This document shows, one piece after another, positions 36,599 through 45,761 of a stretch of DNA of 64,000 bases. This DNA is from Lentisphaerota bacterium. GTDB lineage: Bacteria; Verrucomicrobiota; Lentisphaeria; Oligosphaerales; JABHEG01. The stretch's first letter is position 1, and each line of letters starts with the position of its first letter. Both the position numbers and the translations under genes were made by a program. The stretch covers positions 14,554-78,553 of the forward strand of contig JABHEG010000296.1 in NCBI GenBank assembly GCA_018676675.1. The letters are read 5' to 3'. The notes beneath the pieces are model-generated. The model was not told the origin of the DNA. It saw nothing but the letters and a program-made list of their open reading frames with translations, and ran no database searches.

Positions 36599-37582
36599 AT
36601 GCAGGGCTCCCCCCAAGAAAAACCAATCCGCACGGACGGCCGAGCTGCCGACGTGTCAGTCTTCAAAGGCCTGGCCGACGACACTCGATTGCGACTCCTC
36701 CGCCTCCTGTTCCGCGAAGAACTGAACGTCCAGGAGTTGGCCTCTATTCTGGAAATGGGACAACCACGCGTCAGTCGTCATCTCGGAGTGCTTCGGAACG
36801 CGCGACTTGTCCAGGACCGACGGGAAGGAACGCGCGTTTTCTACACCCTTGCCCCGTTGAGCGACGAAATGGGAGGGGTGAGTGCCTACATCGAGTCCCT
36901 GGGAAAGAGCGAACACCCTGATCTCGAAGGGCTGGGTGAAGCCCTCCGACGCCGGGTAAACGACGCTCAATCGTTCGCAGACTGCAAAGCCGAGCATTGG
37001 GACGAGATCGGGCGCCTACTTCACAATTCGTCTGCCAGTCTGCTGGCGATGGCCAGGCTTGCCCCAACCGGGATAAGGATCGCGGATCTGGGAACCGGGA
37101 CGGGGCTCATGCTCCCATTCCTTTCAGCGATGGCGGATCACGTCTACGCAATTGACCACTCCGCCCGAATGCTCGAACGAGCCAGAGAACGGTGCAGAGA
37201 ACTCGGCATCGACAACGTCACGTTCGTCCAGAGGCGCATCGAAGCGCTCTCCGACCACCTCCCCCCCTGCGATGCTTTGCTCCTCCACTTCGTTCTCCAC
37301 CAGGTAGCCCGACCACAGGCCTGCCTCAAACAGGCCGTTCAGTTTCTGGCCCCCGGAGGACGCCTAGTGGTCGTCGACCGCGTTCAACATGAGGACGAGA
37401 AAGTGACGACCACTTTCGGGTCGTTGTGGCTCGGATTCGCTGAGGAACAGCTGCAGAAGTGGCTCGGTCGAGCGGGGCTGATGGATTCGCGTTGGTACCC
37501 TCTCGCTGGAATTGACCGAAGTGTCGATCCCCATCTCGACATCTTCGTCGCCTGCGGCAGCAAGCCGTCCGCCACGGAGTGA
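36599..37582 (+). CDS. ArsR-family HTH fused to class I SAM-dependent methyltransferase
   Basis: LADDTRLRLLRLL...VQELASILEMGQPRVSRHLGVLRNARLV (ArsR), then MTase motif I IADLGTGTGLMLPFL. Confidence 0.85.
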   Translation: MQGSPQEKPIRTDGRAADVSVFKGLADDTRLRLLRLLFREELNVQELASILEMGQPRVSRHLGVLRNARLVQDRREGTRVFYTLAPLSDEMGGVSAYIESLGKSEHPDLEGLGEALRRRVNDAQSFADCKAEHWDEIGRLLHNSSASLLAMARLAPTGIRIADLGTGTGLMLPFLSAMADHVYAIDHSARMLERARERCRELGIDNVTFVQRRIEALSDHLPPCDALLLHFVLHQVARPQACLKQAVQFLAPGGRLVVVDRVQHEDEKVTTTFGSLWLGFAEEQLQKWLGRAGLMDSRWYPLAGIDRSVDPHLDIFVACGSKPSATE

Positions 37583-37612
37583 CCACTGTCTAACCGGAAG
37601 CTCCCTAGCGCT

Positions 37613-39592
37613 GTGGAACCATCGATTCGCGATAAGACAACTGAGTTTTTCGGGGAAGAGACGCCTTTGCTGCGAGCTGCCGAGGTCGGGGGACGACCTT
37701 ACGAGCCACGCCCCCAGCAGCAGCAGATGGCTGACGCCGTAGCTGAGCACTTGGATCAGGGCCTCCATCTCTGCGTGGAAGCGCCAACCGGCGTCGGCAA
37801 GACCTTTGCCTACCTCGTTCCTGCCATCCATTACGCATTGGACCGCGCGCTCCCGGTCATCGTCAGCACGCACACAATCAGCCTTCAGGAACAGATTGTC
37901 CGCAAAGACATTCCAGTTCTGCAAGAGCTTCTCGGCTTGGAGTTCAGGACCGCTCTGGCCAAGGGCCGCAGCAATTATCTCTGCCTGCGCAGGCTGACTG
38001 CCCTGGCGGATACCGACCAGCGACATCTGCCTGATCTGCACTGGCTTTCCGAAATCGACCAAATATGGGAGTGGCAGAAGCAAACGGAGGATGGGTCAAG
38101 AAGCGATCTTGGTTTTGAGCCCAGCCCTGCTTTGTGGGACGGGATCAACTGCGAGGCCGGAAACTGTCTTGGAGGCCGTTGCGCATTCTTTCGCCGGTGT
38201 TACCTCTTCCGGGCTAGGAAGGAATGTCTCGAGTCACACGTGATCGTGGCCAATCACGCCCTCTTCTTCGCGGACATGGCCATGAAGCAGGAAAGCGGGG
38301 AGGAGTCCGGGGGCGTGCTCCCGGATTACGGCGCCGTCGTCCTTGACGAGGCACATACCATCGAAGATTGCGCCGCGTCACACCTTGGCCTTCGCCTCAC
38401 GACATTCGAACTCCGGCGCACTCTCCGGCGCCTCTACCAACCTGAACGCAACCGCGGCATCCTCGCCAACTCCTCGTGTGTCGATGCACGGACCGCGGCC
38501 ATTGAAGCGACGGAGAAAGTCGATCGCTTTTTCAAGCGTATCGTGGAGTGGCTGGACAGCCAGAACCGGAACCCCCTTCGCTACACGAGTCCGGGACACA
38601 TCCCCGACCTGCTGGCCGATGCTCTGGCAAGTCTGGAGCAGAAGGTCAAGCACGCTGCAGAGACGGCTGACAGCGACGACGAGCAGACGGAGCTTACCAC
38701 CCTGTCGGAAGGCCTCCACGTGTACCGCCTGGGCCTCCGGTCCTTCCTGGGCATGGAGCGGGAAGAGCATGTCTATTGGTTTGAACGCTACGGGTCACGG
38801 CAGGATGAAGTGACCTTCAATGCCGTTCCCATTGAGGTAGCCCCGTTGCTGCGCGAACGCCTCTTTAACCGAAATTTCACCGCTATCCTGACCAGCGCCA
38901 CGCTTGCCGTCAAGGGAGATATCGAGTACTTCCAGAAGCGAGTCGGGGGCCATGACACGAGTGGACTGATCCTCTCCTCGCCGTTCGACTTTGAGCGGCA
39001 AGTAACGCTCTACCTCTCAGGGAGCATGCCCCCCCCCAAGGACACCACCAGTTTTGTCCCGGCCGCATGTGAACACATCCGGGAGTTCCTTCTCCAAAGC
39101 GAAGGAAGGGCCTTCGTCCTGTTCACCAGCTACAGCATGATGCACGAATCCGTCGACTGCCTCGCGGATTTCTTTGACGAATCAGGGTACCAGCTCTTCG
39201 TCCAGGGCGAAGGACTGCCCCGGTCACAGATGCTCGACGCTTTCCGCGAAGATGTGAGCTCTGTTATCTTCGGAACGGCAAGCTTCTGGACCGGTGTAGA
39301 TGTCCCCGGAGAAGCGTTGAGCAACGTGATCATTGTGCGTCTCCCGTTCGCGGTACCTGACCATCCGTTGGTAGCCGCTCGACAGGAAGCCATTGAGCAA
39401 CGAGGGGGCCGGGCGTTCGGGGACTACGCTTTGCCCGAGGCCATCCTCAAATTCCGCCAGGGATTCGGCCGGCTCGTCCGCAGCAAGGACGACCATGGTA
39501 TCGTCGTGGTCCTGGACAATCGGGTCATCCGAACGAACTACGGCAGAGCTTTCCTCGACTCAATTCCCCATTGTGAACGACACGTCTTCTGA
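37613..39592 (+). CDS. dinG: ATP-dependent DNA helicase, DinG/XPD (Rad3) family with Fe-S cluster cysteines
   Basis: Motif I VEAPTGVGKTFAYLVPA, a four-Cys cluster (C..C....C.....C near NCEAGNCLGGRCAFFRRC), DEAH box VVLDEAHTIED, and C-terminal motifs FGTASFWTGVDVPG and GRLVRS. GTG start uncertain. Confidence 0.85.
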   Translation: MEPSIRDKTTEFFGEETPLLRAAEVGGRPYEPRPQQQQMADAVAEHLDQGLHLCVEAPTGVGKTFAYLVPAIHYALDRALPVIVSTHTISLQEQIVRKDIPVLQELLGLEFRTALAKGRSNYLCLRRLTALADTDQRHLPDLHWLSEIDQIWEWQKQTEDGSRSDLGFEPSPALWDGINCEAGNCLGGRCAFFRRCYLFRARKECLESHVIVANHALFFADMAMKQESGEESGGVLPDYGAVVLDEAHTIEDCAASHLGLRLTTFELRRTLRRLYQPERNRGILANSSCVDARTAAIEATEKVDRFFKRIVEWLDSQNRNPLRYTSPGHIPDLLADALASLEQKVKHAAETADSDDEQTELTTLSEGLHVYRLGLRSFLGMEREEHVYWFERYGSRQDEVTFNAVPIEVAPLLRERLFNRNFTAILTSATLAVKGDIEYFQKRVGGHDTSGLILSSPFDFERQVTLYLSGSMPPPKDTTSFVPAACEHIREFLLQSEGRAFVLFTSYSMMHESVDCLADFFDESGYQLFVQGEGLPRSQMLDAFREDVSSVIFGTASFWTGVDVPGEALSNVIIVRLPFAVPDHPLVAARQEAIEQRGGRAFGDYALPEAILKFRQGFGRLVRSKDDHGIVVVLDNRVIRTNYGRAFLDSIPHCERHVF

Positions 39593-39627
39593 GCTGCACG
39601 CCCTGCCCTGAGCGGTGGGAAGCCGCC

Positions 39628-40935
39628 TCAGAGTGCCCAACCGGCCCGAGGCGTACGCGCCAGTAACCGGTCAGCCGTCGGGTTATCGACGAACGCTTCT
39701 GCTTCCGCGTTCCAGGTCAGCGACTTGGCAAGGCGTGCCGCAATCATCCCGACATGGCAGGCTGAGGCAGAGCGATGTCCGACTTCCGGGGGAGCCGCAG
39801 TTGCTTCCCGGGAGACAACACAGTCAATGAAGTTGCGGGCGTGGCTCGTGCTCTCGTAGAGATGAATCTCGTTGGGGCGAATGACCGATGTCAACAGCCC
39901 GGGATCGCTGGCTGCCACTGCGCCCACTCCGGGTTTCTCAACGTGAATCCAGCCTTCACTCCCCTCGAACTTGATCCCAAGCACCTCGCGCGTGGAACAG
40001 GCCAGCAGCACGTCGCCGGGATAGGCATACTCAATGTGAAACTCTGTAGGGGCGTCATAGAGCCCATCATCAGGGAAGATCGCGTCTGCTTCAACCGACC
40101 GGGGGCCTGTGGTGTCTGCACCCATTCCCCAGTGAGCGACATCGACATAATGCGCCCCCCAGTCGCTGATGTATCCCTCTCCATAGTCCAAAATCCAGCG
40201 GAAGTTGAAATGGCATCGGCCGGGGGTGTAGGGCGCATTCGGCGCTGGGCCAAGCCATTTGTCGTAGTCAAACCAGTCCGGAACGGGCTCCTCCGCCTGG
40301 TTCCCTGCGTGACTTCCATTGCGAATCTGAAACCCCTTTGGCAAGCCCACCCGGACAGCTTTCAGCGATCCGATCCGACCATTTCGGACCAGTTCGCAGG
40401 CATGTCTGATTCGCCCGTTGCTGCGGCGTTGTGTGCCCGTCTGCAGAACACGACCGTACGTCTCGGCCGTCTGCACGACAAGACGTCCTTCTGCCACCGA
40501 ATAGGCCAGCGGCTTCTCGCAGTACACATCTTTCCCTGAACGCATCGCCGACACCGAGATCAGGGCATGCGTATGGTCAGGCGTCCCTACCATCACGGCA
40601 TCCACATCCGGACGTGCCATGATCTCGCGGAAATCAGCCGTACAGATGCAGGGCGATGTAACCCCAGCCTTCGTTTGCTTCGCGTAGAAGGCGCTGACGG
40701 CGTCGGCCGCCGTCTTCGCACGCCTACGGTCGACATCGCAGACAGCAATGATCCGGACGCGTGGGTCGTTGAGGAAGGCGTTAAGATTCCCGCGGCCTCG
40801 GCCGCCAACGCCAATGCACGCCATCGTGATTTTCTCGCTGGGAGGCAGGTCCTGCCCCATGAGGGAGAGCCCGTGCCCGACATACACCCCAACGGCTCCC
40901 TGCACCGTTCGCTGCAGCAGTTCACGCCTTTTCAT
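39628..40935 (-). CDS. Gfo/Idh/MocA family oxidoreductase with Tat-like signal
   Basis: MKRRELLQRTVQGAVGV (RR motif), then the Rossmann motif CIGVGGRGRGNL and EKP. Confidence 0.85.
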   Translation of the reverse strand: MKRRELLQRTVQGAVGVYVGHGLSLMGQDLPPSEKITMACIGVGGRGRGNLNAFLNDPRVRIIAVCDVDRRRAKTAADAVSAFYAKQTKAGVTSPCICTADFREIMARPDVDAVMVGTPDHTHALISVSAMRSGKDVYCEKPLAYSVAEGRLVVQTAETYGRVLQTGTQRRSNGRIRHACELVRNGRIGSLKAVRVGLPKGFQIRNGSHAGNQAEEPVPDWFDYDKWLGPAPNAPYTPGRCHFNFRWILDYGEGYISDWGAHYVDVAHWGMGADTTGPRSVEADAIFPDDGLYDAPTEFHIEYAYPGDVLLACSTREVLGIKFEGSEGWIHVEKPGVGAVAASDPGLLTSVIRPNEIHLYESTSHARNFIDCVVSREATAAPPEVGHRSASACHVGMIAARLAKSLTWNAEAEAFVDNPTADRLLARTPRAGWAL

Positions 40936-40938
40936 CGC

Positions 40939-43900
40939 TCACCTCTCCTGTAAGGCCGACAACACTGGGCCCAGTATTTTCATCCGGATGCCACGGAACT
41001 CGATAGGGCCGTGCTCGTTCTGGAAACCAGGGAACCCCGACGCGCGCCTCAATCCCGGAATTTTCTCGACCTTGTCCATGTGTTCGTCCAGGTCAGCTCT
41101 GACGACCTGACTGCCATTCAGCCAGACGTTCACCAGGCGTCCCAGACACAGGACCCGCATCCGTTGCCACTTTCCCGCCGGACGGGTCACCTTTGGGGCG
41201 GCGCCAACGATTCCGTAAACACCGGCACAATACTGGTCGGCCTGAAGTCGGGCGTATTTCGGTGAAGCATCATCCAGGAGTTGCACCTCAATCCCCTCCC
41301 AGGCGGGATTCCCCGTCAAAGGAGGGCGCAGGAAAAGGCCACTGTTCCCGCCCGACACCAGACGGAAATCAAACTCGATCGCATAATCGCAAAGCTCCTC
41401 CTCCCGCGCGAGCCACCCTCCTCCCCCCTTGTGGGCCACCAGTACACCGTCATGAACGCCCCACGAATCCGGTTTTCCCTTCACGATTCTCCAGCCGGAT
41501 AGATCATGTCCGTTGAAAGCCGACGTCCATGGAACAGCATCCATCCGGGCAAGGACCGACGACTCCGGCAGCCGCTTAAGCAATTCTGTGGCCTTCTCCC
41601 TGCAATCATCCGGCCCGCTTGCCGCGAGGCGCCCCAACCCTTCACGAGTGGCGACGCCGGCATCCAACCATCCGTAGGGGGAAAGTCCGAGCAGTTCTGT
41701 CTCTGCAGCAGCGCGCAACGCCGGCTCGGCCAAACCTCCAAGGACGACCTGAGCGGATGCTGCACAGCGGACGGCCCCAGCCGTATGGATAACCATCACC
41801 CTCTCCTCGTTCCGCGATGCCATAGCTTGGGCAGATACCAGCATCTGAGCACAAGATGTAGCGGGCATTTCCGCCGCGTGGGTCCGTAACGCCGCAAGGC
41901 CACTTCGCAAAGCAAGTATCCTAACGCGATCGTCTTCCTCAGAACGGGCAAACCGAAGGAGTTCACCGACGGCTTGAGGGGCGGGCCAATTTGCGAGGGA
42001 ACGAACTGAGGCCGCGCGCACATCAGCCTCGGAGGATGTGAGGGCCTGAGTCAGAATAGGATAGCACCGGGGAGATGGCAACTCGCCAACCACCGCCAGG
42101 AGGAGGGCCGTGTGCCCCCCCGAGGGGCAGTTCGAAATGGCCAGCTGGAGGGCCTCGACCGCAGCGGCCTCCGAGAGCATTCTCCCTGCTGCCGTCAACG
42201 CCCTTCTCGCCTCCGAAACACTATCCGCGGGGAGATGGTAGAACGCATCGATGAGTTTACCGAAGTCTTCTGCATCAACCAACTTCCCGGCCGTTGCCCA
42301 ACACGTCCGCCGTTCCTGACGATCGGAGCCCACTCCCCACGCCATCAGCAGCGGCACAGCACCTGACGTCTGACGCTTGACGAACACCTTACAGAGCCTA
42401 TCCCTCGCGAGGCTTTCGGCGCTCTCGGCCACCCTCAACAGAGCAGCATCCACACGCGGCCCCCGAAGCCTGCACAAGGCATGGGAGGACGCCTGAACGA
42501 CGTCCCCATCGCCATTGCTCAATGCCGCGACCAGCACGCTGACATCCGATGCATCTCCGAGCTGTCCCAACGCTCGAAGCGCCGAGCACGCGACCACGCC
42601 ACGCAACTTCGGGAGAAGTGCTCTCAACCAGGAGGCCTCAGACGCCCGTCCGCTGCCTCCAACGGCCCGTATGACACCCGCCTGCAAATCCACCGGAAGC
42701 GCTGCGAAAGCCTCTGCGAGCCAGCCTGTACCGCGTTCCCTCACTGTATCCATCGTGAGCGACAGGCCCGCTCTGCGCACCCGTGGAACGTCGTGCTGAG
42801 CCAACGCGAGAAGTTCGGGCAGGAGTTCGTCTTTCCCTGAGCCAATGAGACCAGCAAGTGCTCCCAGGCGAGTCTCGAGTGAACACGTGCTCTTCCAGGC
42901 GCCTTCCAGTGCACGTTGCCCCTGCGCTTGTTCACCACGCTCAAGCAGATCAGTACCACACTCGGTAAGAGCCTGAACCATGGTATCTACCCGGTCAGTG
43001 TCCTGGTCTTCCAAGACGCCCAGCAGGACGCCAACCGCCTCAACCGTGCCCTGTTCCCGGAGTGCGGCGAGCGCCGCATCCCGGAACGTCTCCTTTTCGA
43101 GCATTTCCTGAGCAGCGGCAGCCGCTTCCGGTGCCCCTGTCGCCCCCAGGGCAACCAGCGCTTCAGGCGCGCCCGGTTCAGCATTCCGGACCATCTCAGC
43201 CAGTGCCTTCACAGCGCTCTGCCCACCAATTGAAGCCAGTGCCCGAACAGCATCAGAGCCCAATCCAGCGACATGAATCGCCGCAGACACGTGCTGGATG
43301 TCTCCCTCTCCTCCGAAAACGGCGAGCTGCTGCAACGCGAAGCGCCTGGCATCCACGGTCGCGTCGATATCGGCAAGCAATCCGCCTAACTCGTCACAGA
43401 GCGCCCGACGTTCCTCTTCCGAACCGTCCCTGAGGGCTTTCTCAAGGCTCGTCAACGCCCATCGTGTCTCCCCAAAACGATAGCTGTGGAGCAAGTCCAC
43501 GGCGGACCGTGGAGCGTCCCCGGGGTTGACCAGAATCTCACTGATGAAAATCCAGCGGAGCGCCTGTGGAGCACGATGCCACGGTGGAACACGCCCTCCA
43601 TTCGCCGCCCGCACGCGCACGGCTCGCGCAGAAGCGTGGACCCCGGAGAGCTCAAAGCGCTCAACAACCGGAGCCGAGTGCTTTTCCGAAATCTGCGGTA
43701 GGAGAGTAGCCAGAGTGGTGAAATTCGTGCCGTTCCGGGAGATGGCGAAGTCGACACTTATGGGGAGAAAAACTGCTGGAGAAGTGTGTTGGAGGAAGTC
43801 AACGGCGAGGGTCCGAATCGCCGTCTCGACGGGCAGATGGACGGTTATCTCGACATCAGGTCCCTCGAAGCCGAGGAACTGTCGTGATATCGAGGTATCG

Positions 43901-44070
43901 CCGCTCTCCCCATCCACCAGAGTTTGGGCTCCATCAGCACCGGGATACCTGGGATTGATGGGAAGGTGGAGTTCGACCCGACTCCCTAGTGCCGCGTGCG
44001 TCCCGGACCTCACAGAAGACGAGGACAGCAGAACAGTCCCGAAGATGGCCGGAAGCACCCACAACGTCAT
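40939..44070 (-). CDS. giant secreted protein: discoidin (F5/8 type C)-like - HEAT/PBS-lyase repeats - C-terminal DUF1080 (3-keto-disaccharide hydrolase-like)
   Basis: AGAGGAAG SD + ATG at 44070 gives the signal peptide MTLWVLPAIFGTVLL. Many Ala/Leu-rich HEAT-like repeats. The C-terminus FNGHDLSGWRIV...NSGLFLR...GIEVQLLDD...EFRGIRMKIL is typical of DUF1080. Confidence 0.8.
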   Translation of the reverse strand: MTLWVLPAIFGTVLLSSSSVRSGTHAALGSRVELHLPINPRYPGADGAQTLVDGESGDTSISRQFLGFEGPDVEITVHLPVETAIRTLAVDFLQHTSPAVFLPISVDFAISRNGTNFTTLATLLPQISEKHSAPVVERFELSGVHASARAVRVRAANGGRVPPWHRAPQALRWIFISEILVNPGDAPRSAVDLLHSYRFGETRWALTSLEKALRDGSEEERRALCDELGGLLADIDATVDARRFALQQLAVFGGEGDIQHVSAAIHVAGLGSDAVRALASIGGQSAVKALAEMVRNAEPGAPEALVALGATGAPEAAAAAQEMLEKETFRDAALAALREQGTVEAVGVLLGVLEDQDTDRVDTMVQALTECGTDLLERGEQAQGQRALEGAWKSTCSLETRLGALAGLIGSGKDELLPELLALAQHDVPRVRRAGLSLTMDTVRERGTGWLAEAFAALPVDLQAGVIRAVGGSGRASEASWLRALLPKLRGVVACSALRALGQLGDASDVSVLVAALSNGDGDVVQASSHALCRLRGPRVDAALLRVAESAESLARDRLCKVFVKRQTSGAVPLLMAWGVGSDRQERRTCWATAGKLVDAEDFGKLIDAFYHLPADSVSEARRALTAAGRMLSEAAAVEALQLAISNCPSGGHTALLLAVVGELPSPRCYPILTQALTSSEADVRAASVRSLANWPAPQAVGELLRFARSEEDDRVRILALRSGLAALRTHAAEMPATSCAQMLVSAQAMASRNEERVMVIHTAGAVRCAASAQVVLGGLAEPALRAAAETELLGLSPYGWLDAGVATREGLGRLAASGPDDCREKATELLKRLPESSVLARMDAVPWTSAFNGHDLSGWRIVKGKPDSWGVHDGVLVAHKGGGGWLAREEELCDYAIEFDFRLVSGGNSGLFLRPPLTGNPAWEGIEVQLLDDASPKYARLQADQYCAGVYGIVGAAPKVTRPAGKWQRMRVLCLGRLVNVWLNGSQVVRADLDEHMDKVEKIPGLRRASGFPGFQNEHGPIEFRGIRMKILGPVLSALQER

Positions 44071-44159
44071 GGCACTTCCTCTACTACCACGGATGTGACG
44101 CACAAGCTTCTTTCCGAGATGTCCCCAAAACGCGCGAACGTCACGAAGGCCATCCACAT

Positions 44160-44630
44160 CTATTGTTCCACGAGTGGACGTACGCGGACCGTTCCGTCCG
44201 GTCCTTTCACCATGCGCACCCGTTCGCCGCCCACGAAGACGACATCAGCTTCCTGAACCACGACAACCGTCCTGCCACTGTCCAGTTTTACGGTAATCTC
44301 AAGGGCCGCTTTTCGGGTCGTCTTCTCCTCAGCCAAAGCCCCGGTAGCAGCTCCGGCCAGGGCGCCGACGGCAGCCCCGATCGTGGCCCCACTCCCCTTC
44401 CCTACCGTGCTCCCGAGAACGCCTCCGGCAACCCCGCCGACAACAGTGCCAAAACCACTCTTTGTGCCCTCGATGGTGACTTCTGATACCGCTTCCACGG
44501 TACCTGTCTCAACCGTGTGCGGTTTGCGGGCCTGGTCGCGTGAATAGACTTTCCCTGATCGGCTTGACGCGCACCCACTTGTCACGGCAACGAAAATTCC
44601 ACTCAGCAGCAGTCGTCCCAGCGTCTTCAT
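44160..44630 (-). CDS. glycine-zipper outer-membrane lipoprotein (SlyB/17-kDa antigen-like)
   Basis: GGAGGTG SD. Lipobox-like VAVTSGC. Gly-zipper GTVVGGVAGGVLGSTVGKGSGATIGAAVGALAGAATGA. Confidence 0.75.
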   Translation of the reverse strand: MKTLGRLLLSGIFVAVTSGCASSRSGKVYSRDQARKPHTVETGTVEAVSEVTIEGTKSGFGTVVGGVAGGVLGSTVGKGSGATIGAAVGALAGAATGALAEEKTTRKAALEITVKLDSGRTVVVVQEADVVFVGGERVRMVKGPDGTVRVRPLVEQ

Positions 44631-44809
44631 TCGACACCTCCATACGTCTTGGCAAGGATCCAGATGCTCTGATTCAGTCGTACTTTAGACGTTCGTGCGG
44701 GCCAATCTATTCGCTCTGTTCGGTCGGCCGAGGCCGGCTGCCCGGTCCGCCCGTTGCTCCCGGGGGCCATTAGCCTCCATTACCGGTGTCCCGGTAGGAA
44801 CGCATCAGG

Positions 44810-45631
44810 CTACGGGAGAGCAATGTCAACACTGTCGACGTCCAACGCATCGTTTCCCATGACACTGTCGAAGTCAGATCGTATCTTCAAGCACCCTTGT
44901 TTCAGCATCCCATAGTCCCCGCCAAGGTTGAAGAAGCGAGCCCCGAGTTCGTAGTACTTGCTCACCCCTTCAGTATCTCCCACAGGAAGTCCCCACCACT
45001 TGCCGTTTGCCTGTGCGGCCGCCGCAATCTTCCTAACCGCAGCCTTGAAGTCGGGGTGGTCGAGCTGAAGCGGAATCCCCATGGAGAATGTGAGATCAGC
45101 GGGGCCAATCATGAACATGTCGATGCCCGGGACTTCAGCAATTTCCTCAACCGTGTCCAACGCCTCAACATCCTCAATCTGGATAATGACAAACGTCTCG
45201 CGATTGGCATGTTCGACGTACTCGAACGGGTCGACAAAACCCAGGTCTGCGTCAGGCATCATCGTTTCCATCCCGCGGCGCCCAAGTGGCGGAAACTTGG
45301 CGTTCCGGGAGACCCATTCGGCTTCTTCACGCGTGGCAACATGGGGGACGAGAATCCCCGTCGCACCATCCTCCAACGGCCGGAAGAAACTGGTGTATCC
45401 CTCGCCTTTCCGGATGCGAACATAGCAGTCGATATCAGCAATCCGACCGGCATTGATCATCGCCGCGACTTCACGCTGGGCAAAGGGGCGGTGCTCGGTG
45501 TCAATCCACACGCCGTCAATGCCGGCCCTCCCGGCAATCTCGATAGCCAATGGCTCCGGGGAAAGACTGAGGTTGACACTGACGACTGCGTCGCCACGCC
45601 GAAGTTTCTCGAGCATCTTGCTACGCCGCAT
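44810..45631 (-). CDS. HpcH/HpaI family aldolase (2-keto-3-deoxy-acid aldolase / citrate-lyase beta-like)
   Basis: GIDGVWIDTEHRPF, ILVPHVATREEA, PPLGRRG, and FMIGPADL motifs. Confidence 0.85.
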   Translation of the reverse strand: MRRSKMLEKLRRGDAVVSVNLSLSPEPLAIEIAGRAGIDGVWIDTEHRPFAQREVAAMINAGRIADIDCYVRIRKGEGYTSFFRPLEDGATGILVPHVATREEAEWVSRNAKFPPLGRRGMETMMPDADLGFVDPFEYVEHANRETFVIIQIEDVEALDTVEEIAEVPGIDMFMIGPADLTFSMGIPLQLDHPDFKAAVRKIAAAAQANGKWWGLPVGDTEGVSKYYELGARFFNLGGDYGMLKQGCLKIRSDFDSVMGNDALDVDSVDIALP

Positions 45632-45761
45632 TCCAGAGTAACCTTTCTGCTTTGATCGAACACATACCGGTTCCAACAGGTCTCAAACAAACCTAACCCT
45701 GGACAGTCAGCCAAAAGGGCCCGATGCCAAGATACTGCGGGCTCGCGATCTTTCACTCACT

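Noticed and set aside
39029-39037. C9 homopolymer inside dinG (a similar C9 run lies at 54798-54806 inside pilT)
   Set aside because: I considered these as phase-variation or slippage tracts. They encode Pro-Pro-Pro and Gly-Gly-Gly in frame in a GC-rich genome, and nothing else suggests contingency loci. They are worth remembering only as indel-prone sites in assemblies.
44897-45655. 252-aa plus-strand ORF
   Set aside because: Antisense shadow of the HpcH-family aldolase gene.
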